In this document: positions 9,523 to 18,891 of the stretch, one piece after another | Numbering within the stretch: the stretch's first letter is position 1 | Layout: each line of letters begins with the position of its first letter | Virus record (IMG/VR): IMGVR_UViG_3300035675_000022 | Location: 1 to 31,835 of that record | Strand: one strand, 5' to 3' | DNA: 31,835 bases | Source: a virus | Taxonomy: Duplodnaviria > Caudoviricetes | Program-made: the position numbers and the translations under genes | Notes under the pieces: generated by a model | Database searches by the model: none | Told to the model about the DNA's origin: nothing | Seen by the model: the letters and a program-made list of their open reading frames with translations, nothing else

Positions 9523-9750
9523 CTACGGGGCAACGGTCAGCGCCGGAAATCCAGTCGGCCCGCCCGGTGTTGGGGGCGTCGTCGATCCCAGCAAGCCGTC
9601 CAGGGTTGTCGCCTGGTCGTTATCGCCGCGCGGTGTGGCGACCCAGTACTTCTGGGATCCCGGATCCAGTCCGGTGCGCTTCAGCGTGGCAAACGTGCCG
9701 CCGAATGGGTGCCAGTACTTCTGGGCGCCTTCCGGATCCACGGCTGCCAT
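9523..9750 (-). CDS. Small tail-associated protein with duplicated DPxx(x)QKYW motif (75 aa)
   Basis: ATG immediately follows the TAA of the 848-aa gene and the ORF fills the gap to the next RBS; contains DPEGAQKYW and DPGSQKYW. Confidence 0.6.
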   Translation of the reverse strand: MAAVDPEGAQKYWHPFGGTFATLKRTGLDPGSQKYWVATPRGDNDQATTLDGLLGSTTPPTPGGPTGFPALTVAP

Positions 9751-12297
9751 TTAGGTTGCACTCCAGTCATCGACGTTGATGTAGCCGACCGTCCCGTCGC
9801 AGTCCACGTAGAACTCCAGCACCCCGTTGCCAGTCGGCGTCGGCGTCGTGTAGCTCAACTGCTCCCAGTTCTCGACGGCTGCCGTCATCGTGTCCCCGAC
9901 CGTCAGCGCCGTCACGCCCACCGCATCGTTCCGCTTCATCATCAGACGCGGTTCCGCCCCGTTGTACGTGGCCGACTTCCGCACATAGACGGTGATCGCC
10001 GCCGTGCTGCCAGAAGACACAGCAACGCGCTTCACCGAGGACGGCAACTTCACAGACGCTGACATCGGCGTCATCTTCTCCGAAGGCGCCGCCGTGTTGT
10101 AGACGGTCGCGTCCGTCTGCGTGAGGTTGACCGCCGATCCGGTGCCGATCCCCTTCGACAGCCAGGTGATGCGATGATCCGTGTTGGATCGGTTGTGGTT
10201 CACTGAGGACACAAACGAAGACGGCGAGTACACACCATCCGGATCTCCGTACACCAGCGCCGCCGCTGTCTTGCAGTGCAGAAACGAGAGTCTGATGTCT
10301 GGAGCAGACCCAACCCCACCGTCGCCTGCCAGCACCATTAGGTAGGCCGGACCCACACCAGTCGCCGTCGTCGCCTCTAGGTCACAGCTGTAGTACGTGT
10401 GATCCAAGTGACCCAAATTGAAGTTCCCAAACGTACCGTAGAGGTTCCAAGTGCCAGCCCCCGGATACCCGAACACGCAGTTGTCGAAGACGACGTTGGT
10501 GTGCGAGAAATCATTAGCCAAACTGAACAGGGGGTTGTCCACCGCCATGAAGATGCAGTTCAGGAACGTCACGTCATACCACTCACCCGCAGCGGCGCCG
10601 ATGCCCGATCCTCCGCCCGACACATACGCCCGAAACCCAGTGATCGTGACGCCATACATGTCGAACCCGAAATCGATCCTGTTGCCCAACCCCCCGTTTC
10701 CAATTTGCCAGGAGTCCTGCAAGAAATCACTGGGGAGTTGGCCGGCGATGCGCGTGCCTGGATTCAGATACCCGTCTCCACCCATGCACTTCAGCCCCTT
10801 GAGGGACGCAAATGGTCCGGGGCAGTACAACAACGAAGCAGAAGTGCCGTCGCAGATCACGATCAGATCGTTGATCGTCCAGTTTGTGACATCGCTGCCC
10901 GCCCCCATGTTGATGCTGAAGCCAGCAATGCTGGCGTTGCCAATCCACACCATGTCCTTGAGCGACACGGTGCCACCCACCGTGCCCGTGACGGCAAAGT
11001 TCCACGTCGTCAGTGTGGCCGCTTTGTTGTTTGAGCAGACATAGCGCCACGCCATATTCGATGTCGTCGCGTTGAACGTCACGCCCCCATAGTTGAACAA
11101 CAACCATTGCGCGTTCCAGGCGCCAGCCCCGTAGACGATACACAACGCAGCGCGGCCCGAGTTGTCTGACTGGATGATCACGTTCATCTTCGTCAGCGCC
11201 AGGACCGCCGGAATGGGCCAGGTGCCTTCGTAGTTGGCTGAAGCCGTCGTCGCAGGGATGCTGTTGGTGCCGGCGTCTCCTGACAGCGTAAGCTCCGCCG
11301 CCTTGGCGCCATCAGAGGGATCCGTCGAACTGATGTACACCGTGTCGCCCGTCAGCCAACCCGTGTCATCCTGCACGGCATACGTCGTCGTCGATCCCGA
11401 TGTGGCATCCGACGTGAGGATCGTCCAACTCACGTTTTTGCCGCTGGTGCGTGCCAGACCGAACGTGCTGATGGTGCCCCCGATGTGGGCGATCAGCCCG
11501 TACCCGGTTGTCGTGTTGAATTGCAGCGTCATCGTCGAGGACGCCGTACACGGCGCCCCGGACGTGCCCATCTCCCACGTCCCGCCCCAGGAGATCGTCA
11601 CGTTCCCAGCCACGCTCAGGGCATAGTTAGTCGAACCGGAGTTCTGCCACGAAACCGAGCTTTTGCAGACAAAGATGCCAGATCGTTCGACACCAGCCCC
11701 AGGATTCGACCCGAACACGGTCGATCCGGTCGTCCAGTCCATCGTCACGGCGTACTGCGTCCACGTCCCAGAAGATGTCCACAGCCCCATGACGAATAGA
11801 TCGTCCCCAGCCGCCGGAGCCTGGGCCGTCTTGGTCCGAAACAAATGCTGCCAGTTTGCTGCCGTGCCGTTGGTCTGCACGCCAATCGTGGACGATCCCA
11901 CCGACACGTTCAGGCGCACCTGGTAGTTCGATCCAGACGTGAGGTTCTGGTCGCCCGTCGAGATCAAGAACCAGCCGGCGCGGCTGCCGGTTGCATTCGA
12001 CGCTGTGGGCAGATCGGCAATCGGCACGTTCACCGCAACGACGGATGCCGTCGTCGTCACGTTGTACAGCGTCATCGTCAGCGTGCCGGTCGCGCCACCG
12101 ACAGAGCCGATCCGAATCGCAATGGCGTCAATCGTGATGTTCGACGTGGGCGTGATATTGGCCGAGTTCCCGCTGGATGTCGTGAGGTTCGTCTGCGCCG
12201 TGCCGCCTTCCGTCACGAGCGCCGTCGCGGCGTCGATCACCACCCACGTCCCGCTCGACGAGAACACGCCAGTTGCCGCCGCTGCCAATCGCGCCAT
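9751..12297 (-). CDS. Tailspike / receptor-binding protein (848 aa), probable beta-helix with C-terminal carbohydrate-binding-like domain
   Basis: Thr/Gly/Ser/Asn-rich, beta-prone; repeating x-T-F-x-N-C-x-F rungs (VTFLNCIF, VVFDNCVF, HTYYSCDL, LSFLHCKT); C-terminal jelly-roll-like segment (ITVYVRKS...WEQLSYT...LEFYVDC...INVDDW). Confidence 0.6.
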   Translation of the reverse strand: MARLAAAATGVFSSSGTWVVIDAATALVTEGGTAQTNLTTSSGNSANITPTSNITIDAIAIRIGSVGGATGTLTMTLYNVTTTASVVAVNVPIADLPTASNATGSRAGWFLISTGDQNLTSGSNYQVRLNVSVGSSTIGVQTNGTAANWQHLFRTKTAQAPAAGDDLFVMGLWTSSGTWTQYAVTMDWTTGSTVFGSNPGAGVERSGIFVCKSSVSWQNSGSTNYALSVAGNVTISWGGTWEMGTSGAPCTASSTMTLQFNTTTGYGLIAHIGGTISTFGLARTSGKNVSWTILTSDATSGSTTTYAVQDDTGWLTGDTVYISSTDPSDGAKAAELTLSGDAGTNSIPATTASANYEGTWPIPAVLALTKMNVIIQSDNSGRAALCIVYGAGAWNAQWLLFNYGGVTFNATTSNMAWRYVCSNNKAATLTTWNFAVTGTVGGTVSLKDMVWIGNASIAGFSINMGAGSDVTNWTINDLIVICDGTSASLLYCPGPFASLKGLKCMGGDGYLNPGTRIAGQLPSDFLQDSWQIGNGGLGNRIDFGFDMYGVTITGFRAYVSGGGSGIGAAAGEWYDVTFLNCIFMAVDNPLFSLANDFSHTNVVFDNCVFGYPGAGTWNLYGTFGNFNLGHLDHTYYSCDLEATTATGVGPAYLMVLAGDGGVGSAPDIRLSFLHCKTAAALVYGDPDGVYSPSSFVSSVNHNRSNTDHRITWLSKGIGTGSAVNLTQTDATVYNTAAPSEKMTPMSASVKLPSSVKRVAVSSGSTAAITVYVRKSATYNGAEPRLMMKRNDAVGVTALTVGDTMTAAVENWEQLSYTTPTPTGNGVLEFYVDCDGTVGYINVDDWSAT

Positions 12298-13068
12298 TTA
12301 GAACCCCAGCGAAGCGTTCCCGAAGTAGTTGGTGCCGTCGAACAGGAACGTGAATAGATCCACCGTGGAACCCGTCGTTGAAAGGGTCGAGACGCCAGCG
12401 TTGCCCCACTTCACGGCGCCAGGCCAGGTCACGGTGCGGCTGCCTGTCGAGTCCTGCACCAGCAGCAGGACGTAGCGCCCGCCCGTCACCCCGTTCGAGA
12501 AGGTCAGGGTGATGTTGGCCCCCAGGACCAGCCGATGCTCGTTGCCGCTCGACCAGTTGATCGTTGAATCCGTCGATGCTGTGCCTGCCTGGACCAGTTC
12601 CGAGAAGTACTGGCCTCTCATGGTCACGCTGGCCGACGCATTCGCCCCGGTGCCGACTGACACCGTTGTCGCCCGGATGGACGAAGCCGTCACCACCGAA
12701 GCCGTCACGCCGCTGGCGGAAACCGTCGAGAACGAAACGGACGCGCCCGTGTGCAGATCCTGGGGAGTCGCCAGCGTGACCGCTACACCGGCTCCTCCGT
12801 CCGTCACCGAAATCTGGTTCGCCGTGCCCGTCAGGACACGCTCGTTGGTTGTCAGGCTGGACGTGGAGATGGTGACGAAGGTGACAGCCGACAGATCCGG
12901 CGCCGAGCCGGTGGACAACTGGTAGTCCAGCCCGGAATCGTCCACCACCCGCAGTGTCGAGCCGCTGGCGTAGAGCCGCAGGTAGCCGGCGGACGGAGTA
13001 ACCGGCGTCGTACTCTGCTGGGTGAACTGGACCGAGTTGATCGTTGTGGCGGAGGAGATATTCGGCAT
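12298..13068 (-). CDS. Tail fibre protein (256 aa)
   Basis: C-terminal domain INWSSGN...TLTFSN...LLLVQDSTGSRTVTWP..VKW.....LST....VDLFTF..DGTNYFG is a widespread phage fibre tip; Ser/Thr/Val shaft repeats. Confidence 0.7.
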   Translation of the reverse strand: MPNISSATTINSVQFTQQSTTPVTPSAGYLRLYASGSTLRVVDDSGLDYQLSTGSAPDLSAVTFVTISTSSLTTNERVLTGTANQISVTDGGAGVAVTLATPQDLHTGASVSFSTVSASGVTASVVTASSIRATTVSVGTGANASASVTMRGQYFSELVQAGTASTDSTINWSSGNEHRLVLGANITLTFSNGVTGGRYVLLLVQDSTGSRTVTWPGAVKWGNAGVSTLSTTGSTVDLFTFLFDGTNYFGNASLGF

Positions 13069-13071
13069 CAG

Positions 13072-13608
13072 CTACCCCGAGTAGAGGACATTCCCGTCAT
13101 CGTCGAGCATGACGTGATCCCCGTCCGTCAGAATGGTATCAAGATCCCCGCCCCCACCGGCACTGACCGCCGCCCACTCCAGGCCGGAGGACGCCGACGA
13201 CGACGAGCGCAGGTAGTAGCCGCTCGTTCCGACCTCGAACCGGGTGTAATCCGAGCCGTCGTAGGTGAGCAGATCCCCCTTAGCCGTGAACCCGGTCAGG
13301 TGGGACAGCGGATCGACCAGGTTGATCTTGCCCCACACCGGAGGCGTCTGCGTGCCCTGGGAGATAATGGCGGACCCCGTGGCGACTGCCGACAACTTCG
13401 CCAGCGTCGTAGCCGAGTCGGCATAGAGCATGTCGCCCGTCAGGTAGTTGCTGATGCCCGTGCCCCCCTTGGGCACCTGAAGGACATCCCCGACGAACAC
13501 GACGAGATCCTTGATCATCCGGTAGAGGAGATCGAAGTTGTAATCGACATCCTCTGCCGTGAACGGATCCCGAATCGGGTGCGGCTTATACTGCTGGTTG
13601 ATCGCCAT
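13072..13608 (-). CDS. Short tail fibre / fibre adaptor (178 aa)
   Basis: KGGTG motif and two GD(M/L)L(T)Y...W fibre-knot repeats; N-terminal helix (DYNFDLLYRMIKDL); acidic C-terminal ILTDGDHVMLDDDGNVL. Confidence 0.65.
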   Translation of the reverse strand: MAINQQYKPHPIRDPFTAEDVDYNFDLLYRMIKDLVVFVGDVLQVPKGGTGISNYLTGDMLYADSATTLAKLSAVATGSAIISQGTQTPPVWGKINLVDPLSHLTGFTAKGDLLTYDGSDYTRFEVGTSGYYLRSSSSASSGLEWAAVSAGGGGDLDTILTDGDHVMLDDDGNVLYSG

Positions 13609-15200
13609 CAGCGCCGCCCAAGTTCATGGAAGGGGATCTCGTAGCCGTAGAGTTCGACCCCCTGATTGTTGTCAGACTGCCGGAAGCGCAACTGGACGAA
13701 CCGGCCCAGGCCGATGCGCCCCAGCCGCTCGCGCCCAAGCGTCAGGTTGTGCGTGAACGCTGTCGAGGCCGACGAGTTGAGATCCCCCACCGTGGGCGTG
13801 ATCGTCAGGCTCCCCGTGGACTCCACCTTTGTAATGACCGCCAACTCCGCGAAGTACTTGTGGATGTCCGGGGTGTTCCCGCTGTGGAACTTGGAGTACA
13901 CGTCGAAGTCGATGGCCGAGCCAGCGTCCGACGACGTAGTGGAGTTCTGAAGGTAGACGGACCCGGACGACGACCCCATTGCCGGAATCGGGAACAGGTT
14001 GGCGTCATCCAGGAGGGCGCCCGCCGTGGGCGTGAACGCTGCCGTCAGGTGCGGACCCAGCCAGAGCTTCCGCGCTAGGTCGTATGTCACCCACCGATCC
14101 AGATTGTTCGAGTTCGCCGCCGCCAGGTGGAGGTGGATCACGTCGTAAAACGGGTTCCAGTAGGCGAAGGCGTCGGTGAACTTGGCCCGGTTGAAGAAGT
14201 CGTCCGTCGTGAACCAGGGATGCACCTGGTCACGCGACAGGGACACCAGCCCCTTGGGGCCGTACTCGTAGAACCCGTCTTCCGCCAGAAAGTACGCCGT
14301 GTCGCGGACGACGATCATGGCTTCCTGGGACACGCCACCGACCCCCTCCGCGATGAGGATCATCTGGAAGTTGGCGCGGCTGTCCCCGATGATCTTCATC
14401 AGGCGCCGCCGCTTGGCAACGACCAGTTCATCCCGGCGGGCCATGAAGCCGACCACGCCGATCTCGTCCTCCCCGACCGGCTTGGCGGTGAGGTAGTCGT
14501 CCTCCAGCCAGGACGAGTGCTGCCGGTTGCCCGAGAAGTAGATGCGATCCGGATCGTTCGCCGGCGAAGCCCACAGCCGGTCCTTCCAAGCCGTGATCAC
14601 CCGCAGTCGATCCGTCGAATCCACGCCGGGCGGGTTGCCCTTGGGTTCGATCTCCGCCAGCAACGCCAGATCGTAGTCGCTGGAGTTGTCGGTGTAGCTG
14701 GTCGTCGAGTTGTCCCCAATCGTCGTGACCAGATAGTACTCCGCCCCATTGTTCGTTGTGCGGTAGAGCTTTCGGGCCGTGACGCTGGCGTCACTGGACG
14801 TAGTGATCCCGGACACCGAGATCTGCTGGTTGTCCACCGTCACCGGGTCCGACGCATCCGACCAGGGGCTTTCCGAGAGGACCACCGACCCCGTTGTCAC
14901 GCAGTAGGTGTAGCGATACCGATACGTTCCGCGCGGATTGCCGGCGGCGCCGGCAGAAGCGGTGACGGACGCCGTGCCTGGCCCGGTCAGGCTCAGGGGC
15001 CGCACCGAGTAGTCAGCGCCCCAGATCTGCATGTTGACGGACGGGGCGTTGACGACCACCACGATGTTGTCGAGCATGGCGAACCGCGCACGCACGGAGG
15101 CGGAGACGGTTTCGCCCGCCGGCAACGTCAGCGTCTTGACGTTCCCCGTCACGGACATCTTCTGGAGGGCAGTCCCGGCATGAAGCAGGTAGTACGGCAT
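13608..15200 (-). CDS. Tail nozzle / hub body (P22 gp10 / T7 gp12-like), apparently lacking its N-terminal segment
   Basis: Propeller motifs (WKDRLWA, DRIYFS, GVGGVSQEAM, YFLAEDGFYEY), C-terminal K-YF.EL...GRFVQLRF, inserted FN3-like domain (GTYRYRYTY...SESP...RKLYRT...SYTDN); downstream of the adaptor. Confidence 0.75.
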   Translation of the reverse strand: MPYYLLHAGTALQKMSVTGNVKTLTLPAGETVSASVRARFAMLDNIVVVVNAPSVNMQIWGADYSVRPLSLTGPGTASVTASAGAAGNPRGTYRYRYTYCVTTGSVVLSESPWSDASDPVTVDNQQISVSGITTSSDASVTARKLYRTTNNGAEYYLVTTIGDNSTTSYTDNSSDYDLALLAEIEPKGNPPGVDSTDRLRVITAWKDRLWASPANDPDRIYFSGNRQHSSWLEDDYLTAKPVGEDEIGVVGFMARRDELVVAKRRRLMKIIGDSRANFQMILIAEGVGGVSQEAMIVVRDTAYFLAEDGFYEYGPKGLVSLSRDQVHPWFTTDDFFNRAKFTDAFAYWNPFYDVIHLHLAAANSNNLDRWVTYDLARKLWLGPHLTAAFTPTAGALLDDANLFPIPAMGSSSGSVYLQNSTTSSDAGSAIDFDVYSKFHSGNTPDIHKYFAELAVITKVESTGSLTITPTVGDLNSSASTAFTHNLTLGRERLGRIGLGRFVQLRFRQSDNNQGVELYGYEIPFHELGRR

Positions 15201-16567
15201 CAGACTTCCCCCAACAGCAAGGCGCGCAGCGACGTGGACACGCTCTTAGAGGTCACTTCACTGGACACCCCGGCAGTCGAAAGCTCATGGACCCGATACG
15301 TCCAGGGCGACGACAGTTCCCAGGTCGCATAGTACAGCTTGCCAGCGCATTCCAGGACATCGGTGTAGTAGCGCCAGGTGGAGTTGGTACTGGCCGTTGT
15401 CCACGTTGCGAGCGCATCGGTGGACCACAACTGGCGATACGGATCCGTCAGCAGCACCGTGCTGCCGCTGCCATAGATCGCCCGCATGATGGTGTAGTCG
15501 TAGTACGGCAGCGAGGTGGAGATGTTCTCCTCGATCCGCTTGGTCCAGGTGCCTCCGGTCGAGCGGCTGAAGATCACATGCCGGCGAGGAACGCCCAGGT
15601 TATACGTGAAGAAGCAGGCGTAGAGGTAATCACCGGCCCCGTTCACGCTGGGGACGTAGGTGCCGTATTCGTCAGTGTTCGCTTCATGGTGATCCAGCGT
15701 CCAGACCGACTCCGTAGCCGGGTCGATGGAGTAGACGACCATCTCGAACGTAGCGTAATTGTCTGTGTCGATGCCCACCGTCCACAGACGACCGTTCCAC
15801 CAGGTAATGATCTCTCCGGCGTGATCAGCATCAATGCGCGGAATGCCTCCAGGCCCGGTGCCGCCGGCATACGAGAACTCCTGCCCAACCAGCGTCACCG
15901 TGCCGTCCTGCTCGCACTTGTACACAGCCACGGGCGCGAACGTGCCGCCATAATCCGCCGAGACGTAGATGTTGGTGCCGTCTGTGCAGTAACTGCGAAT
16001 CCAGCCGTGCGTTTCCAAGACAGATCCGTTCGATCCCGTCGAGGGCAACGTGAAGCCAGAGGCTGTCGTGTCGGTATTGGCGTCGTACTGCTCCCACGTC
16101 CCGCCGCGCTCCGTCGCCGGATACCAGACGACGCTCCCCGTGCTGGGCAGTCGGAAGATCAGGTTCTGCTCGCCGGGCAACCCGTAGTTCTCGAACTGCT
16201 CAGAAATGTTCAACCAGGACGCCGACGTGAGATCGGGCGTATCGGGCGGAAACTTGTGGTAGGTCCGAAACACGGTGTTCCAGGGGATGTAGAGCATCAG
16301 GGCGTCAGGCGACGGCACCGGATCCACGTCAGTCGGGTCAGGATCCACCAGCGAGACGCGAAAGAAGTTCATGATCGCGCCGGCAGCCGCCGTCGTGGCG
16401 TTCAGCAAGGTCATGCCGCGCCGCTTCGCCAGGGCACGCTGGCCGTGATAGGGGATGATCTGCGCGTTCTGCGCCGTCGTCAGTTCCCCGTCCACGAGAT
16501 GCACCGGACTCTTGACCCGGTTGACCCCCTTCTCGCCCAGGTTGTAGATGTCTGCCTTGCCAGGCAT
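15200..16567 (-). CDS. Nozzle N-terminal module fused to a ~365-aa Trp/Tyr-rich beta-propeller-like domain (455 aa)
   Basis: First ~82 aa are paralogous to the 81-aa upstream gene; Pro/Asp linker (DPDPTDVDPVPSPD); blade-like motifs TDGTNIYVS, WNGRLWTV, GDYLYAC, CAGKLYYA. Confidence 0.65.
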   Translation of the reverse strand: MPGKADIYNLGEKGVNRVKSPVHLVDGELTTAQNAQIIPYHGQRALAKRRGMTLLNATTAAAGAIMNFFRVSLVDPDPTDVDPVPSPDALMLYIPWNTVFRTYHKFPPDTPDLTSASWLNISEQFENYGLPGEQNLIFRLPSTGSVVWYPATERGGTWEQYDANTDTTASGFTLPSTGSNGSVLETHGWIRSYCTDGTNIYVSADYGGTFAPVAVYKCEQDGTVTLVGQEFSYAGGTGPGGIPRIDADHAGEIITWWNGRLWTVGIDTDNYATFEMVVYSIDPATESVWTLDHHEANTDEYGTYVPSVNGAGDYLYACFFTYNLGVPRRHVIFSRSTGGTWTKRIEENISTSLPYYDYTIMRAIYGSGSTVLLTDPYRQLWSTDALATWTTASTNSTWRYYTDVLECAGKLYYATWELSSPWTYRVHELSTAGVSSEVTSKSVSTSLRALLLGEV

Positions 16568-16812
16568 CAGTCAATATCCCCAGGAATCGGATCCGTCAGA
16601 CGCACGACGAACATCGAGTAGATCGCCCCTGCCGACGCTGTGCTGTTCAGCTTCGTCATCCCGGCACGCTTCGCCAGCCCGCCTTCCGCTTCTTCCTGCC
16701 GATGCGCCGCGTTCTGGGCAGAGATCAACGCGCCGTCCTTCTTGTGGACGGGACTCTCGACAAGATCGACGCCGATCTGGCCGAGGTTGTAGATGTCGAT
16801 CTTGCCAGGCAT
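16567..16812 (-). CDS. Stand-alone nozzle N-terminal module (81 aa)
   Basis: LG..GV....SP....DG.L..AQN.........LAKR.G pattern resembles the start of podoviral nozzle proteins; coupled by TAA-ATG upstream and TGATG downstream. Confidence 0.7.
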   Translation of the reverse strand: MPGKIDIYNLGQIGVDLVESPVHKKDGALISAQNAAHRQEEAEGGLAKRAGMTKLNSTASAGAIYSMFVVRLTDPIPGDID

Positions 16813-17520
16813 TTAGACCGGCCACATCCCTTCAAAGACGCCTTCGACGTAGTTCTCCTCGTTCTTGTCACGCGGGTCCAAGACCGACGTGACTAGGTTC
16901 TGCTTCTCCGTGTTGTAGATCGCCAGCCACTCCGAATCCGGCGCCCGATCCTCACGCTCCCGCGCCCGCGCGAAGGCGACCACCCAGGCGATCACGGCAT
17001 TGTCGCTCGCGCCAGGAATCGGGTTGTAGCTCGACGTGGACGCCGACGACAGCGTGGGCACGTAGTAGAGGGTGACACCCACCGCACTGGAGAACTTGGG
17101 CGCAATGTAGATCTTCGTGCTGGACGAGGACGCATTGCCGCCTGGCCCGATGATGTCGTAGTAGCACACCGTCTCGCGCGGATCCTCTGCCGCCGCGAAC
17201 CTGGCCCGCTGGAAATCCGCCGCGAAGTAGTCGGACTTCTTGAAGTGCAGGTTGACGTTCGTATCGGGGTTCGTCGGCTCGATCCCGTAGATGTCCGCGA
17301 TGTCGTCGGGCGCCGCGAAGTACGCCGTGCTAGCCGAGATCGTGGAGGTTGTGCTGGTCAGCAAGTGCTTCTTGTTGACCGACTTCACCGCTTTCCACAG
17401 ATCTTCGACCCCCATCTGCGCGAGATCGAGCAGTTCCACGTCCGTCCAGAACCGCGCGGTTGTCTCGTTCAGGGCGCGCCGAGCGCGCGTGATCAGTGTC
17501 TGGAACGTCGTCAGCGCCAT
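16813..17520 (-). CDS. Head-tail adaptor (P22 gp4 / T7 gp11-like)
   Basis: N-terminal TFQTLITRARRALNE....FWTD.EL, central beta insert with 'IYIAP', C-terminal helices (AVIAWVVAFA); precedes the nozzle genes. Confidence 0.75.
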   Translation of the reverse strand: MALTTFQTLITRARRALNETTARFWTDVELLDLAQMGVEDLWKAVKSVNKKHLLTSTTSTISASTAYFAAPDDIADIYGIEPTNPDTNVNLHFKKSDYFAADFQRARFAAAEDPRETVCYYDIIGPGGNASSSSTKIYIAPKFSSAVGVTLYYVPTLSSASTSSYNPIPGASDNAVIAWVVAFARAREREDRAPDSEWLAIYNTEKQNLVTSVLDPRDKNEENYVEGVFEGMWPV

Positions 17521-18884
17521 TACCGAATCTCCCGCCAGGTCATCGTGGCATATACCGTCGCCGTGCCGGTCACGTCCGTCCCCACCAGCGAGAGGGCGCG
17601 CGGGTTCGCGCCCGCTCGATCTAGGACAATCGGGTAGCGGGCCGTAATCTTGCCCAGCGTGTTCTGCCGCTGGTTGGTCGTGCCAGAGAGCAGGAACGAA
17701 TCCACCACCGTGCCGCCCGTGAAGGCACCGTTCGCCGCATCACCATGCACCGACCACTCCACCGACGACTCTGCGCTGGCACTGGACCAGGTAGGCGTCC
17801 CCGTGAACGTCGGGTTGTAGACGAGTTCGATCAGGGTGACGATGTTGGTGCCGGTGGAGACAAGCGAGAAGTCAGTCGGCAGCACCAGCGACCGATTGAC
17901 CAGCCCGCCCAACGTCGCCTTGGGACGGATGGACAGCAACGCGCGCCTGGTGCCCACAGTGCGCCCGGTTGTGGCGGACGCCGCACAGCTTTCGCCACGG
18001 CTCTCCTCGAACCCGCCCTCCGAGATCACCGTGCAGCAGATCGCCTCTGTGGACGCCAGCGTCCCGCCGCCCACGATCTCCCAGGCCACCGGCAGGTTCG
18101 CCGTTTTCATGTAGGGCCGCACCTGGCCCCGGTTGGCGTTCAGAAACTCGTGGGCGTAGACGACGACCCCATCAATGTCGAACCCGCACCGCACGCGACC
18201 GACGCCAAGCCACTGGAGATCGATGAAGATGATGTTGGTGGAGGTCACGTCCAGCGTCAGGCCAGACGGTCCATTGCCGTTCAGCGGATCGAGGTTCCAG
18301 TCCCCCTGGGCGACTCGATTGTTGACCACCGACCCGCTAGTGGAGTCCCGGCGCACCCAGTACAGCCCGTTGGTGCCTTCCTGCTCCAGGTAGATCCCGT
18401 CGTTCACCTCGAAGTAGCCCATCCGCTTCGTCGCGCCGGCCACGGCTGTGCCGATGCGCCCGGTCAGGACCACCATTTGACTCTTGCCAGGCTGATACCG
18501 ATGGTACTGGCGCGACACCAGCATCGCCGTGGAGTTGGCGTAGGCAGCCGCCTGGAGGAGAACGACGCCTGAAGCCGTGGAGTGCGTCACCGACCCCGTG
18601 CTGGCCGTGACCGTCTCGAACTGGTCGGGATCGATGCCGTACTCGAATGAGGCATCGAACATCGTCACCGGATCGGACACGCGCCAGCGGGAGAACGCAT
18701 CACGCGGCGCCCCGTCGAGGTTCGCCGCGTTTTGCGCCTTGATGTCGGTGAGCAGACCTTCGACACCATCCACTGCCAGGTAGAGGTTGCTGGTCAGCGA
18801 ATCGACGAGGGGCTGGGTCATCCGGACCCAACTCATCGTCCCGGCGTCGTAGACGAGATTAGCGAAAGGCGGATAGCCGTCCAT
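17520..18884 (-). CDS. Conserved phage structural protein (454 aa), probable lectin/ConA-like beta sandwich
   Basis: Motifs DAFSRWRVSDPVTMFD, YQPGKSQ, QGDWNLDPLNGNGPSG.TLD, IDLQWLGVGRVRCGF, PYMKTANLP and terminal W.E recognised from a widespread phage virion family; the fold is inferred. Confidence 0.6.
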   Translation of the reverse strand: MDGYPPFANLVYDAGTMSWVRMTQPLVDSLTSNLYLAVDGVEGLLTDIKAQNAANLDGAPRDAFSRWRVSDPVTMFDASFEYGIDPDQFETVTASTGSVTHSTASGVVLLQAAAYANSTAMLVSRQYHRYQPGKSQMVVLTGRIGTAVAGATKRMGYFEVNDGIYLEQEGTNGLYWVRRDSTSGSVVNNRVAQGDWNLDPLNGNGPSGLTLDVTSTNIIFIDLQWLGVGRVRCGFDIDGVVVYAHEFLNANRGQVRPYMKTANLPVAWEIVGGGTLASTEAICCTVISEGGFEESRGESCAASATTGRTVGTRRALLSIRPKATLGGLVNRSLVLPTDFSLVSTGTNIVTLIELVYNPTFTGTPTWSSASAESSVEWSVHGDAANGAFTGGTVVDSFLLSGTTNQRQNTLGKITARYPIVLDRAGANPRALSLVGTDVTGTATVYATMTWREIR

Positions 18885-18891
18885 CGGATCG

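Noticed and set aside
9751-16567. Diversity-generating retroelement targeting the fibre or propeller genes
   Set aside because: No reverse transcriptase and no repeat pair differing only at adenines was seen in the window; the 81/455-aa duplication diverges at all base types and is N-terminal.
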